From an uncultured Chloroflexia bacterium (lineage in GTDB: Bacteria > Chloroflexota > Limnocylindria > Limnocylindrales > CSP1-4), in contig CAVVNQ010000007.1 of NCBI GenBank assembly GCA_963749705.1, positions 179,135 through 243,134 of the forward strand: DNA of 64,000 nucleotides. The letters are read 5' to 3'. The notes under the pieces were generated by a model. That model ran no database searches and had not been told where the DNA came from. It saw nothing but the letters and a program-made list of their open reading frames with translations. The stretch's first letter is position 1, and the number at the start of each line of letters is the position of its first letter. The position numbers and the translations under genes are program-made. This document shows, piece by piece, positions 1 through 9,941 of this stretch.

Positions 1-1065
1 GGGCGCCAGAACTGGTTCCCGTACTCGGCCGAGGAGCACCGCGCCGTCCGCGAGGCGGTCGGGCTGTTCGACCAGACGTCGTTCGGCAAGATCCTGGTCC
101 AGGGCCGGGACGCGGAGCGGGAGCTCAACCGGGTGTGCGCGGGGGACGTCGCGGTCGAGCCCGGGCGGCTGGTCTACACGCCGTGGCTCAACGAGCGCGG
201 CGGGATCGAGTCGGACGTCACGATCACGCGGCTCGCCGACGACCGGTTCATGGTCGTCACGACCGGCACCTCGACGATGCGCGACCTCGACTGGCTGCGC
301 CGGACGATGGATCCCGAGGCACGGGTCGCGGTCACCGACGTGACCTCCGCCGAGACGGTGATCAGCGTGATGGGCCCACGCTCACGCGAGCTGCTCGCCT
401 CGCTCTCGGACGCGGACCTGTCCAACGCGGCGTTCCCGTTCGGGACCGCGCGCGAGATCGACCTCGGCTTCGCCTACGCGCGGGCGGCGCGGGTGACGTA
501 CGTGGGCGAGCTCGGCTGGGAGCTGTACGTGCCGATGGAGTACGCGACCCACGTGTACGACACCATCGTGGCCGCCGGCGATGGCTTCGGCCTGCGCCAT
601 GCCGGCTACCACGCGCTCGACTCGCTGCGGATCGAGAAGGCGTACCGCCACTGGGGCCACGACATCGGCATCGAGGACACGCCGCTCCAGGGCGGCCTGG
701 GGTTCACGGTCGCGTGGGACAAGCCGGGCGGCTTCATCGGCCGCGAGGCGCTGCTCCGGCAACGGGCGGAAGGGATCCGGCGCCGGCTCGCGGTCGTGAT
801 CCTCGACGATCCCGAGCCGCTGCTGTACCACGACGAGCCGATCTGGCGCGATGGCCGGATCGTCGGGCGGATCACGTCGGCCGCATTCGGGCACACCATC
901 GGCCGCTCGATCGGGCTCGGCTATGTCACCCGCGACGACGGGCCGGTGACCTCTGACTGGCTGACGGCAGGCCGGATCGAGGTCGAGGTTGCGCTGGAGC
1001 GGCTGCCGGCGACGGCCTCGCTCCGCGCCCCATACGACCCGACGAACGGCCGGATCCGGAGCTGA
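1..1065 (+). CDS. GcvT-family dimethylglycine/sarcosine dehydrogenase, C-terminal part (5' truncated by window)
   Basis: Frame open from base 1 (EEHRAVREAVGLFDQTSFGK); aminomethyltransferase motifs YTPWLNERGGIESDVT, TYVGELGWELY, LRIEKAYRHWG, YDP..RIRS end. Confidence 0.9.
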   Translation, partial: GRQNWFPYSAEEHRAVREAVGLFDQTSFGKILVQGRDAERELNRVCAGDVAVEPGRLVYTPWLNERGGIESDVTITRLADDRFMVVTTGTSTMRDLDWLRRTMDPEARVAVTDVTSAETVISVMGPRSRELLASLSDADLSNAAFPFGTAREIDLGFAYARAARVTYVGELGWELYVPMEYATHVYDTIVAAGDGFGLRHAGYHALDSLRIEKAYRHWGHDIGIEDTPLQGGLGFTVAWDKPGGFIGREALLRQRAEGIRRRLAVVILDDPEPLLYHDEPIWRDGRIVGRITSAAFGHTIGRSIGLGYVTRDDGPVTSDWLTAGRIEVEVALERLPATASLRAPYDPTNGRIRS

Positions 1066-1087
1066 CCGCCGGGACCGCGCGGCGCCC

Positions 1088-2143
1088 TCAGGCGACCGGC
1101 GTGGTCTCCACCGGCGCCGGCGACGCGGGCTCCCCCTGGCCACCGCCGCCGCGCCGGTCGAACCATTGCCCGACCCAGCGGACGAAACCGGCGAAGCCCG
1201 ACGGGTAGAAGACCATGACCGCGATCAGCAGCAGGCCGTAGAGGGCGAGCTCGAGGCCCGGCAGGCTCGCGAGCTGCGCCTGAAGGAGCCCGGTGGCGAC
1301 CATCAGCGGGAACGCGATGATGGCGGGGCCCCACAGCGAACCGCGACCGCCGATGTACGCGACGGCGAGGATCTCCACGGTGTGGTTGGTCGCCAGGAGG
1401 TCCGGCGTCAGGATCCCGTAGAAGTGGGCGTAGAACCCGCCCAGCAGGCCGGCGAACGCGCACGACAGGGTGAAGTTGATGACCAGGAAGCGGGTCGGGT
1501 TGATGCCCGACGCCCTCGCCGCGGCCAGGTTCTGGCCGATCGCCCGGAACGCGAGGCCGAGCCGCGAGCGGATCACCACCATGAGCACGATCAGGGTGAA
1601 GAACAGGATGCCCAGGATGAGGTAGTAGTAGGGGAGGTTGTCGGAGGTGTCGAGCGCGAGCGGCACGCTGAGGCCGAGCGAGCCGCGCGTGAGGTCCGTC
1701 GCGTTGCGCACGAGCCCCATCAGGGCCAGGCCCACGAACCACGCCATGACCGCCGCGTAGATGCCGCGCAGGCGCAGCGTCAGCATGCCGGTGAGGAGGC
1801 CGACGAAGCCGGCCACGAAGGCGCCGCAGACCATCCCGATCCAGGGCGAGATCCCCATGTCGGTGGCGAGCAGGCCGGAGGTGTAGGCACCCAGGCCGAT
1901 GAACGCGGCGAAGCCGAAGTTCACGATGTCGATGTACCCGGCCGTGAAGTCGAACGCCACGGCGTAGGCGGCCATCAGGGCCCCGGTCACGAGGAAGCGT
2001 TGGTAGTCCTGGCCGTTGAACGGCGGGATCCACGGCAGGACCAGCGCGAGGGCCACCATGGCACCCGCGAAGATGATCCGGCGCCGGGCGGGCCCCGACC
2101 GCGGGTTCCGGGTCGTTGTGGTTGCGTCGGCTGTGGCGCTCAC
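1088..2143 (-). CDS. livM: Branched-chain amino acid (HAAT) ABC transporter permease, LivM-like
   Basis: GTG overlaps TAG of livH; hydrophobic, LRLRGIYAAV, SRLGLAFRAIGQN..AARASGIN, IGGRGSLWGP. Confidence 0.9.
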   Translation of the reverse strand: MSATADATTTTRNPRSGPARRRIIFAGAMVALALVLPWIPPFNGQDYQRFLVTGALMAAYAVAFDFTAGYIDIVNFGFAAFIGLGAYTSGLLATDMGISPWIGMVCGAFVAGFVGLLTGMLTLRLRGIYAAVMAWFVGLALMGLVRNATDLTRGSLGLSVPLALDTSDNLPYYYLILGILFFTLIVLMVVIRSRLGLAFRAIGQNLAAARASGINPTRFLVINFTLSCAFAGLLGGFYAHFYGILTPDLLATNHTVEILAVAYIGGRGSLWGPAIIAFPLMVATGLLQAQLASLPGLELALYGLLLIAVMVFYPSGFAGFVRWVGQWFDRRGGGGQGEPASPAPVETTPVA

Positions 2144-3204
2144 TACTGCTCCCAAACGCCTTTCACCTCGCTGCCGAACAGCCCCGATGGCCGGAACAGC
2201 AGGATCAGGATGATGAACACGGTCGGCAGGACCTCCACCCACTCCAGGCCGACGTAGTACACCGTCACGGTCTGGAGCAGGGACACGATGAAGGCGCCGA
2301 TGATGGCGCCCGGGATGTTCCCGAGGCCGGCCAGGATGACCACGTACCAGGCGAGGTAGAGCGGCTGCTGGCCCACGTCGGGCGATGACGGATAGAGGAA
2401 CAGCAGCGAGGCACCCGCGAGCGCGGCGAGCCCACACGACAGGCCCATCGTCAGCACGAAGATCCGGTTGAGGCTGATGCCCGCCATCTGGGCGCCGGCC
2501 TCGTCCTGGGCGACCGCGCGCATGGCGCGCCCGGTCCTGGTCCGGAGCAGGAATGCCGAGAACAGCAGGATCGTGATCATTGCGATCACGAACACGGCCG
2601 CCCGGTCCATGGACACCGGGACCCCCAGGAACTCGAGCGGATGCACGTCCCAGTAGCGCGAGGCGCCGCGGAAGTCGTTGCCGAAGATCAGCCGGTCGCC
2701 GTTGATCAGGACGATCGAGATGCCCGCGGTCAGGAGGAACGTGTTGATCACCCACTGGTCGCGGCTTCGCTTGCGCAGCGGCCGGAACAGGAGCACCTCG
2801 AGCAGGGCGCCGACGGCGAACCCGACGACCGCGGCCACGATCATGCCCGGGATCGGCGCGATGATCTTGAGCAGGCCCGTGCCGGCCGGGTCGTTGAGCA
2901 TCGCGTCCTGGATCGGCGAGAACACGAAGAACGCCGTCAGCGAGCCGATCATGAAGAACTCGCCGTGCGCGAAGTTGGGGATGTTCATCACCCCGAACAC
3001 GAGCGCAAGACCGGCGGCCATCAGTGCCCACATGCCGCCCGTGACGAGGGTGTCGACCACGATCGACGGCTGGACGAACAGGAAGGCGACCAGGACCAGG
3101 GCGGCGAACCCGACCGTGGCCCAGGTGAAGGTCAGGAAGCGTTGGAACAGCGGCACCCGGCGCAGGTTGCTCGGGGCGGGGGCGGCCGCGTTGGTCGTCG
3201 TCAT
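2143..3204 (-). CDS. livH: HAAT ABC transporter permease, LivH-like
   Basis: GLALVFGVMNIPNFAHGEF, TRTGRAMRAVAQD, GLGNIPGAIIG motifs. Confidence 0.9.
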   Translation of the reverse strand: MTTTNAAAPAPSNLRRVPLFQRFLTFTWATVGFAALVLVAFLFVQPSIVVDTLVTGGMWALMAAGLALVFGVMNIPNFAHGEFFMIGSLTAFFVFSPIQDAMLNDPAGTGLLKIIAPIPGMIVAAVVGFAVGALLEVLLFRPLRKRSRDQWVINTFLLTAGISIVLINGDRLIFGNDFRGASRYWDVHPLEFLGVPVSMDRAAVFVIAMITILLFSAFLLRTRTGRAMRAVAQDEAGAQMAGISLNRIFVLTMGLSCGLAALAGASLLFLYPSSPDVGQQPLYLAWYVVILAGLGNIPGAIIGAFIVSLLQTVTVYYVGLEWVEVLPTVFIILILLFRPSGLFGSEVKGVWEQ

Positions 3205-3213
3205 CGGTCTCCC

Positions 3214-3918
3214 TCAGATCCCCAGGTACGCTTCCTGGACGTGGCTGTTGCCGAGCAGCTCCTCGCCCGTCCCCTCGAGGACGACCTTGCCCTGCTCGAG
3301 GACATACGCGCGGTCCACGATGCGGAGCGTGGTGTTCACGTTCTGCTCGACCAGCAGGATGGTCATGCCACGCTCGCGGAGCGCCTTGAGGGCGTCGAAC
3401 GCCGCGAGCGTCGGAATGGGCGCAAGGCCCAGGCTGGGCTCGTCCACGAGCAGCAGCGAGGGCCTGGGCATCAGGCCGCGGCCGATCGCGAGCATCTTGC
3501 GCTCGCCGCCTGAGAGCGTGCCGGCCAGCTGGTCCTTCCGCTCGAGGAGCCGTGGAAACAGCTCGAACACGGTGTCCATCGTGGACGCGATCGCCTGCTT
3601 GTCCCTGACGGTGTAGGCGCCGACGAGCAGGTTCTCGTAGATCGACATCGAGGGGAACAGGTTGAGGCTCTCGGACACGTAGCCGATGCCCGACTGGCTG
3701 ACCCGGTGGGGCGGGACGCCGGTCAGGTCCTTGCCGCGGAAGTTGACCGAGCCCCGGATGGGGGGCACGAACCCCGCGATCGAGCGCAGGGTGGTGGTCT
3801 TGCCGGCGCCGTTGGGTCCCAGGATGGCGACGAACTCGCCCTCCTCGACGTGGAGGTCCACGCCCCACAGAACCTGCAGGAAGTCGTAGCCGCTTTCGAC
3901 GCCGGTCAGCTTGAGCAC
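3214..3918 (-). CDS. livF: HAAT ABC transporter ATP-binding protein, LivF-like
   Basis: Walker A GPNGAGKTT, LSGGERKMLAIGR, LLVDEPSLGLAP; GTG start after GAGGGAG RBS. Confidence 0.92.
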   Translation of the reverse strand: MLKLTGVESGYDFLQVLWGVDLHVEEGEFVAILGPNGAGKTTTLRSIAGFVPPIRGSVNFRGKDLTGVPPHRVSQSGIGYVSESLNLFPSMSIYENLLVGAYTVRDKQAIASTMDTVFELFPRLLERKDQLAGTLSGGERKMLAIGRGLMPRPSLLLVDEPSLGLAPIPTLAAFDALKALRERGMTILLVEQNVNTTLRIVDRAYVLEQGKVVLEGTGEELLGNSHVQEAYLGI

Positions 3919-3946
3919 GGTGTCTCCCTCGACCCGGTCCGGTCGC

Positions 3947-4675
3947 TCATAGGATGTAGTGGGCGCCGAGATAGGCCTCGAGGACCTTCTCGTCCTTGGC
4001 GACGGTGGCTGCATCACCGTGGGCGATGAGCTGGCCGTACTGCAGCACCGCCAGGTTCTGGCACAGATCCATGATGATTCGCATGACGTGCTCGACCATC
4101 ACGATCGTCACCCCGTCGTCACGGACCCTGCGCAGGAGCGTGGCAACCGGCGCCAGCTCGGACGGCGTGAGGCCCGACGCGAACTCGTCGAGGAACAGCA
4201 GCTTGGGCTTGCTCGCCAGCGCGCGGGCGAGGTCGAGCCGCTTGAGCTGGACCGCGTTGAGGTGGCCGGCGATCGTGTCGACCGGGCGCGGGAAGTCGAC
4301 GTACTCGAGCATCCGGCGCGCCTGTTTCGTGGCCGCCCCGGGCTGGGCGTGGGGATCGCCAAAGGTTGCCGCGACCGTCACGTTCTCGAGGACCGACAGC
4401 CGCGGGAACGGGCGCGGGATCTGGAACGTGCGCCCGATGCCCAGCCGGCACATGCGGTCGGCGGGCAGGCCGGTCGTGTCGTGCCCGTCGAGGAGCACGG
4501 TGCCGCCGTTCGGGCGCGTGGCGCCGGCCAGGCAGTTGAGCAGGGTCGACTTGCCCGCGCCGTTGGGACCGATCAGCCCGAAGATCTCGCCTCGCTCCAC
4601 GTTGAAGGTGACGTTGTCAACCGCGGTCAGGCCGCCGAAGCGCTTGGTGACCCTGTTGAGCTCGAGAAGCGACAT
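3947..4675 (-). CDS. livG: HAAT ABC transporter ATP-binding protein, LivG-like
   Basis: KRFGGLTAV, GPNGAGKST, GIGRTFQIPRPF, LFLDE, EAYLG end. Confidence 0.92.
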   Translation of the reverse strand: MSLLELNRVTKRFGGLTAVDNVTFNVERGEIFGLIGPNGAGKSTLLNCLAGATRPNGGTVLLDGHDTTGLPADRMCRLGIGRTFQIPRPFPRLSVLENVTVAATFGDPHAQPGAATKQARRMLEYVDFPRPVDTIAGHLNAVQLKRLDLARALASKPKLLFLDEFASGLTPSELAPVATLLRRVRDDGVTIVMVEHVMRIIMDLCQNLAVLQYGQLIAHGDAATVAKDEKVLEAYLGAHYIL

Positions 4676-4747
4676 GGAGCCTCGCTCTGGATGGGTTGGG
4701 GGTCGGCGCTGCGCCGACCCCCCTGCGGACAGATGGTGGTGCTGGCG

Positions 4748-6073
4748 TCAGGGCTTCGCCTGGAGGGTCCCGGCGGCCTGATCGGCGGGCCAGACGACGG
4801 TCCGGTCGCCGTTCTGGTACTGGGTGACGGGGAAGATGTAGTGGCCGTTGCCGACGACCGGGTCGGGGATCGAGTCAGCGTTGAAGTCGTAGCTCGACAT
4901 GATGATCCCATCGGTGTACGCCAGCTGGCCGGTCCACAGCTTGTCCTGTGCTTCCTTGTACAGCGTGGCACTGGTGATGGAGCCCTGGTCGTCGAGGGTC
5001 GACTGCAGGACCTTGATGAAGAAGTTCGTCCAGTCGTAGGACAGGCCGGCCGCCGCCGCGCTGGGCGAGGAGCCGAACTTCGCCTGGTAGTCCGACTGGA
5101 ACTTCTTGGCCTTCTCGGTGGCGAATCCCGGGACCGAGTCGAGGACGTAGTTCGAGGAGGTGCCGGTCATCTTGTACCAGTCGCCGAACCAGCCGAGGCC
5201 GTCGGCGACGATCAGCGACTTGAGGCCGGCGTCGTCAGAGGCCTTGATGAAGGCGGTGATGGACGCGGCGGCCGTGCTCGTGCCCGCGATCACGGGCACG
5301 TTGTTGCTCTTGTAGCGCGACATCAGGGACGAGAAGTCGGTCTGGGTGAGCGGGAAGTAGTCCTCGCTGACGATGTTCCAGCCGGTGCTCTCGAAGTCCT
5401 GCTTGAGACCGGAGCCGAACGAGCGGCCCCAGTCGGTGTCCTCGCCGTAGATCGCCACGTCCTTCGAGGCGGGGGTGTACGTGCCCGCGGCGATGGCGTC
5501 GTTGATGGCGCCGACGTAAGCGGTCGTGAGCTTGACCGGGTCCGGCCAGCCCTTGGACGTCCAGTAGCCGTACTTCGCCTGGTCGGAGGCGAACTTCTGG
5601 TTCACGACGCCGGTGGCGCCCATGCCGAAGAACCACGGGATCTTGTACTTGGCGGTGAGCTCCATCTCGGCGACGGAGACCGAGCTGTTCCAGTTCAGGA
5701 TGCCCGCGATGATGTTCTGGCCCACGATGGCCTGCTCGAGCGCGGCCGTGCCCTTGGCCGGGTCGGCCTGGTCATCGACGTAGACCGGGTTGATCTTGTA
5801 GTTGCCGACCTGCCAGTTGACCGCATCGAACGCCATCTGTGCGGCGTTCTTCATCTCGGTGCCCGTGAGGGCCGAGGTGCCGGTGAACGGCCCGTCGATG
5901 CCGATGTTGATGGTCTCGGTGGCGGCGGTCCCGGATCCGGCCGGGGCGGCGGACTCCGGGGCGCTGCTCGCACCCGCAGTCGGGGATGACGATCCGCTGC
6001 CACAGGCGCTCACCATGAGCACCGCAGCAACAGCGAGACCGGCAATCCGGAACCTGGTTCCAGTGTTGATCAC
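4748..6073 (-). CDS. HAAT-family ABC substrate-binding lipoprotein
   Basis: Lipobox VSAC, S/A-rich linker, INIGIDGPFTG and DDQADP typical of Leu/Ile/Val-binding fold; heads the liv genes. Confidence 0.85.
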   Translation of the reverse strand: MINTGTRFRIAGLAVAAVLMVSACGSGSSSPTAGASSAPESAAPAGSGTAATETINIGIDGPFTGTSALTGTEMKNAAQMAFDAVNWQVGNYKINPVYVDDQADPAKGTAALEQAIVGQNIIAGILNWNSSVSVAEMELTAKYKIPWFFGMGATGVVNQKFASDQAKYGYWTSKGWPDPVKLTTAYVGAINDAIAAGTYTPASKDVAIYGEDTDWGRSFGSGLKQDFESTGWNIVSEDYFPLTQTDFSSLMSRYKSNNVPVIAGTSTAAASITAFIKASDDAGLKSLIVADGLGWFGDWYKMTGTSSNYVLDSVPGFATEKAKKFQSDYQAKFGSSPSAAAAGLSYDWTNFFIKVLQSTLDDQGSITSATLYKEAQDKLWTGQLAYTDGIIMSSYDFNADSIPDPVVGNGHYIFPVTQYQNGDRTVVWPADQAAGTLQAKP

Positions 6074-6127
6074 TGTGCTTCTCCTCCTGTCCGTCCAATC
6101 CGGTCGGATTGGTACAACCCACGCAAG

Positions 6128-8209
6128 TCAGATGTCGTCTCTGCCCCCCTCCCGGTCGTCGGAGACGGCGGCGGTCGCCGCTCCCGATGAGGCTGCCGTC
6201 AGGGCGGCGGCGGGACGCTGCCGGCCTCGTTCGACGGCTTCGACCAGCAAGGTGGCGACATCCTTGACCTCGAGCCCGCCGTCCGTCGCTCGCATCCCGT
6301 CATCGAGCATGACGGTGCAGAACGGACAGGCGACGGCGAGCGTTCCCGCTCCGGTGGCCGTGGCCTCGCGGGCGCGCTCCTCGTTGATCTGGCCGGCGCG
6401 CTCCTCGAGCCACATGTGGGCGCCGCCGGCACCGCAGCAGAAGGTCCGCTCCTCGCGGCGCGCCATCTCGAGCGGGCGGCCGACGGCCGCCACCAGCTCC
6501 CGCGGCTCGGACCGGACGTCGTTGTGGCGGGCCAGGTAGCACGAGTCGTGGTAGGTGATCGTGTCGGCGCTCGCGGCCGGTGACAGGCGCCCGTCGCGCA
6601 CCAGCTCCGCCAGCAGCTGCGTGTGGTGCATGACCTCGTACCTGCCGCCGAAGTCGGGGTACTCGTTGGCCAGCGTGTTGAAGCAGTGCGGGCAGGTGGT
6701 CACGATCTTCGTCACCTTCGCCTCGCCCAGGGTGTCGACGTTCTGCCTGGCCAGCGCCTGGAAGGTGTACTCGTCGCCCATCCGCCGGGCGGGATCGCCC
6801 GTGCAGCTCTCCCGCGGGCCGAGGATCGCGAAATCGACCCCGGCCTCCTTGAGCAGCGTCGCGGTCGAGATCGCGCCGATCCGCGCCCGCTCGTCGAACG
6901 CCGGTGCGCAGCCGACCCAGAACAGGACGTCGGGCGGGTCGTCGCCGGGCTGGAGGACGCGGAGGTCGAGGCCCTCCGCCCAGTCCACCCGCTCGGTCGC
7001 GGCACTGCCCCACGGGTTGCCCGTGCGCTCCAGGTCCCGGAGCATCGCCGCGCCGGCCGCGGGCACGCGAGTGTCGACCATGACCAGGTTGCGCCGCAGG
7101 TCCACGATGTGGTCGATGTGCTCGATCCCCACCGGGCACTCGCGGACGCACGCGCCGCAGGTCACGCAGTCCCACACCGTCTCATCGGCGACGGCGTTGG
7201 GGACGAGCGGGCTGCCCGCGAAGGACCCGTTGCCCGCGGCGGCCAGCATCTGGTGGCCCTCGCGGTAGAGCTGGTCGCGGAGGCCCATGACGACGAGCTT
7301 GGGCGACAGGTTCTTGCCCGTGAAGAACGCCGGGCAGGCGTCCTGGCAGCGCCCGCACTCGGTGCAGGTCATGCCATCGACCATCTGCTTCCAGGTCATG
7401 TCCCGGATCGTCCCCATCCCGAACCGGATCTGGTCCTCGGGAACGTCGGGGTCGTCGAACCGCAGCGGCTCCAGGCGGCCTCGCCCGCGCGTGCGCTCGA
7501 AGAAGATGTTGAACGCGACGATCAGGGTGTGGAGATGCTTGGTGTACGGGATGTACAGCAGGAACGCGAGGATCAGGATCGCGTGGACCCACACCACGCC
7601 GCGCTCGAGAACCTCGGTGGCGGAGCCCGCCGGGAGCAGGCCCGCGATGGCCGTCGAGATCGGCGACCACGCCGCCGGGTACTCGTTGTAGCCGAGCGCG
7701 ACCCGCGACGCGTGCCAGATGAACAGCGTGATCGCGATCGCCGCCTCGAACAGCAGGATGTTGTACGCCTGCTGCAGGTAGCTGCCGACGAACCGGACGG
7801 GCCGCTGCCCGAGCCGGATCGCGAACGCGATGCTCACGCCGACGAGGGTGCCCAGCGCGAACAGGTCGGCCATCAGCGCAAACCAGCCCTGCTCGGACAG
7901 CCAGGGAATGGTCCAGTGCGGGCTCACCGCGCCCAGCCACGACATGACGATGGTGGGCAGCAGGACGAGGAAGCCCCAGAACAGCAGCAGGTGCATGACC
8001 CCGGGGATCGGGCGCAGGAACAGCTTGGACTGGGCGAGGAACCGAGGCACCTCGCGCCCGGTCCGCCGGGGCAGCTCGTCGAAGCGGGCCGACGCGCGGC
8101 CGTGCATCACGAGCCGCGCGAGGTACAGCGCGCGCCGGGCGAACAGCCCGACGAACGTCAGCCAGACGGCAAGGAACAGGATCCCCGAGATGAGGATCCC
8201 GACGTCCAT
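6128..8209 (-). CDS. Membrane Fe-S oxidoreductase (FadF/HdrD-like, probable ETF:menaquinone oxidoreductase)
   Basis: N-terminal TM helices with His residues, two 4Fe-4S motifs (CTECGRCQDACP, CVTCGACVRECP), CCG domains (CTGDP, YHDSCYL, CCGAGG); follows etfA. Confidence 0.88.
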   Translation of the reverse strand: MDVGILISGILFLAVWLTFVGLFARRALYLARLVMHGRASARFDELPRRTGREVPRFLAQSKLFLRPIPGVMHLLLFWGFLVLLPTIVMSWLGAVSPHWTIPWLSEQGWFALMADLFALGTLVGVSIAFAIRLGQRPVRFVGSYLQQAYNILLFEAAIAITLFIWHASRVALGYNEYPAAWSPISTAIAGLLPAGSATEVLERGVVWVHAILILAFLLYIPYTKHLHTLIVAFNIFFERTRGRGRLEPLRFDDPDVPEDQIRFGMGTIRDMTWKQMVDGMTCTECGRCQDACPAFFTGKNLSPKLVVMGLRDQLYREGHQMLAAAGNGSFAGSPLVPNAVADETVWDCVTCGACVRECPVGIEHIDHIVDLRRNLVMVDTRVPAAGAAMLRDLERTGNPWGSAATERVDWAEGLDLRVLQPGDDPPDVLFWVGCAPAFDERARIGAISTATLLKEAGVDFAILGPRESCTGDPARRMGDEYTFQALARQNVDTLGEAKVTKIVTTCPHCFNTLANEYPDFGGRYEVMHHTQLLAELVRDGRLSPAASADTITYHDSCYLARHNDVRSEPRELVAAVGRPLEMARREERTFCCGAGGAHMWLEERAGQINEERAREATATGAGTLAVACPFCTVMLDDGMRATDGGLEVKDVATLLVEAVERGRQRPAAALTAASSGAATAAVSDDREGGRDDI

Positions 8210-8212
8210 GCC

Positions 8213-9175
8213 CTAGGCCCCGCGCACCCGGCGGATCTCCGCGCTGATGGCGGGGAGCACCTGGTGGAGGTCGCCGATCACGGCGTAGTCGGCGGTGGCC
8301 ATGATCGGCGCCTCCGCATCCTTGTTGATCGCGAGGATCTTCTTCGATGCCTTGCAGCCGGCCATGTGCTGGGTGGCGCCGCTGATCCCGCACGCGATGT
8401 ACAGGTCGGGCGCGATCTTGGTCCCGGTCTGGCCGACCTGGTCGGTATGCGACCGCCAGCCCGAGATGGTCACGGCCCGGGAGCAGCCGACGGCGGCGCC
8501 CAGCAGCCCGGCCAGCTCCTCGACGGGCCCGAACCCGGCCTCGGAGCCCACGCCCCGCCCGCCGGACACGACCACCCTGGCGTCGGCCAGCGAGATGCCG
8601 CCCACGGCGGCGGGGATCCGCTCGATGGCACGGACCACGAGATCCGCGTCGTCCAGTGTGGGGGCGAACGTCTCGACCGTTGCCGCGCCACCCGTCTGCG
8701 TCGCGGCCACGGTATGCGGCGCGACCGTCATGATCGCGCGATCCGCGTGGATCACGGCCTCCTCGAGCAGGCTGCCGCCCCACCGCTGGCGGGTCACGGC
8801 AACCGGGCTGCCGGGGGTCGCGCGGGTGCAGTTCGCGGCAAACGGCAGGCTCGCCCGCGCCGCCACCCGGGCCAGGACGGTGTTGCCGTGCTCCGATCCG
8901 GGACCCACGACGACCGACGCGTCGAGGCTGGTCGCGAGATCGAACAGGATGCGCGCCACGGCATCGGGCGCGGCGGCGCCGAGCGCCGCGTGCTGCGCCA
9001 CGTGGACCTGTGACGCGCCCCACGCGCCAAGCCCGCCTGCCGCCGTCTCGTCACCGATGACCAGCGCGTGGACCGTGCCGCCATCGGCCACCTGCGCGGC
9101 CAGCGCGAGCGCCTGGAGCGAGACCTCGTCGGCGGCGCCGTCGGCGGTCGTGAGGTAGGCCAGCACGGTCGACAT
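8213..9175 (-). CDS. etfA: Electron transfer flavoprotein alpha subunit
   Basis: VVSGGRGVG, QVGQTG, LYIACGISGATQHMAG, AINKDAEAPI; ATG overlaps etfB stop. Confidence 0.95.
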   Translation of the reverse strand: MSTVLAYLTTADGAADEVSLQALALAAQVADGGTVHALVIGDETAAGGLGAWGASQVHVAQHAALGAAAPDAVARILFDLATSLDASVVVGPGSEHGNTVLARVAARASLPFAANCTRATPGSPVAVTRQRWGGSLLEEAVIHADRAIMTVAPHTVAATQTGGAATVETFAPTLDDADLVVRAIERIPAAVGGISLADARVVVSGGRGVGSEAGFGPVEELAGLLGAAVGCSRAVTISGWRSHTDQVGQTGTKIAPDLYIACGISGATQHMAGCKASKKILAINKDAEAPIMATADYAVIGDLHQVLPAISAEIRRVRGA

Positions 9176-9939
9176 CACAGCACCCCCAGCGTGCCGAGCA
9201 CGTCCACCACGGCCGGGGCGGCATCCGCCCCCTGGCCGAGGACCACCGCCTGCTTCACCCGTCCCTCGGGGACCACCAGCCGGACCAGCTCGAGGCGCTG
9301 CTCGGGGCGGACCGGCGTCGAGGTGGCGACCGGCTTGCTCTTGGCGCGCAGCCGTCCCGGCACGGACGGGAAGCGCGGCACGTTGAGGCCCTCGAGGACC
9401 GCGACCACCGCGGGCAGCGGCAGCTCGTACACGTCGCGCCCGCCCGATACCTCCTGCTCGCAGCGGACGGCGGACGTCGTCGCGGACATCCCCTTGATCC
9501 CGGTCACGGTGGGCCGGCCGAGCGCTCGTCCGAGCCGGACGGCGGCCTGGTAGCCGCCCGAGTCGCCGGCCTCGTTGCCCATCAGGACCAGGTCGAACGG
9601 GCCGGATGCAGCCTCGTCGGCGCGAACGGCCTCCACGATCGCGGCGACCGTCGACTCCGGATCCCATTCGCCGCCGTCGGTGACGAGGTGGATCGCGCGC
9701 GCGACGCCCAGGGCCATCGCGTCGCGGAGCTGCTCCAGCGCCTCGGCCGGCCCGAGCGTGAGCACGACCGCCTCGCCGCCGTGCGCCTCGATCAGGCGCA
9801 CCGCCTGCTCCACGGCGCACTCCTCGTGCGGCCCGATCGCGAAGCCCAGGTGCTTCGTGTCGACCGCCCGCGCGTCCGCGGTCAGCGTGATCCGGCCGCC
9901 GACGGCGGGCACGCTCTTGATGCACACGAGAACCTTCAT
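9175..9939 (-). CDS. etfB: Electron transfer flavoprotein beta subunit
   Basis: MKVLVCIKSVP, ECAVEQAVRL, LTLGP, DLVLMGNEAGD, LNVPRFPS; own ATG 3 nt after the displaced dehydrogenase stop. Confidence 0.92.
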   Translation of the reverse strand: MKVLVCIKSVPAVGGRITLTADARAVDTKHLGFAIGPHEECAVEQAVRLIEAHGGEAVVLTLGPAEALEQLRDAMALGVARAIHLVTDGGEWDPESTVAAIVEAVRADEAASGPFDLVLMGNEAGDSGGYQAAVRLGRALGRPTVTGIKGMSATTSAVRCEQEVSGGRDVYELPLPAVVAVLEGLNVPRFPSVPGRLRAKSKPVATSTPVRPEQRLELVRLVVPEGRVKQAVVLGQGADAAPAVVDVLGTLGVL

Positions 9940-9941
9940 CG

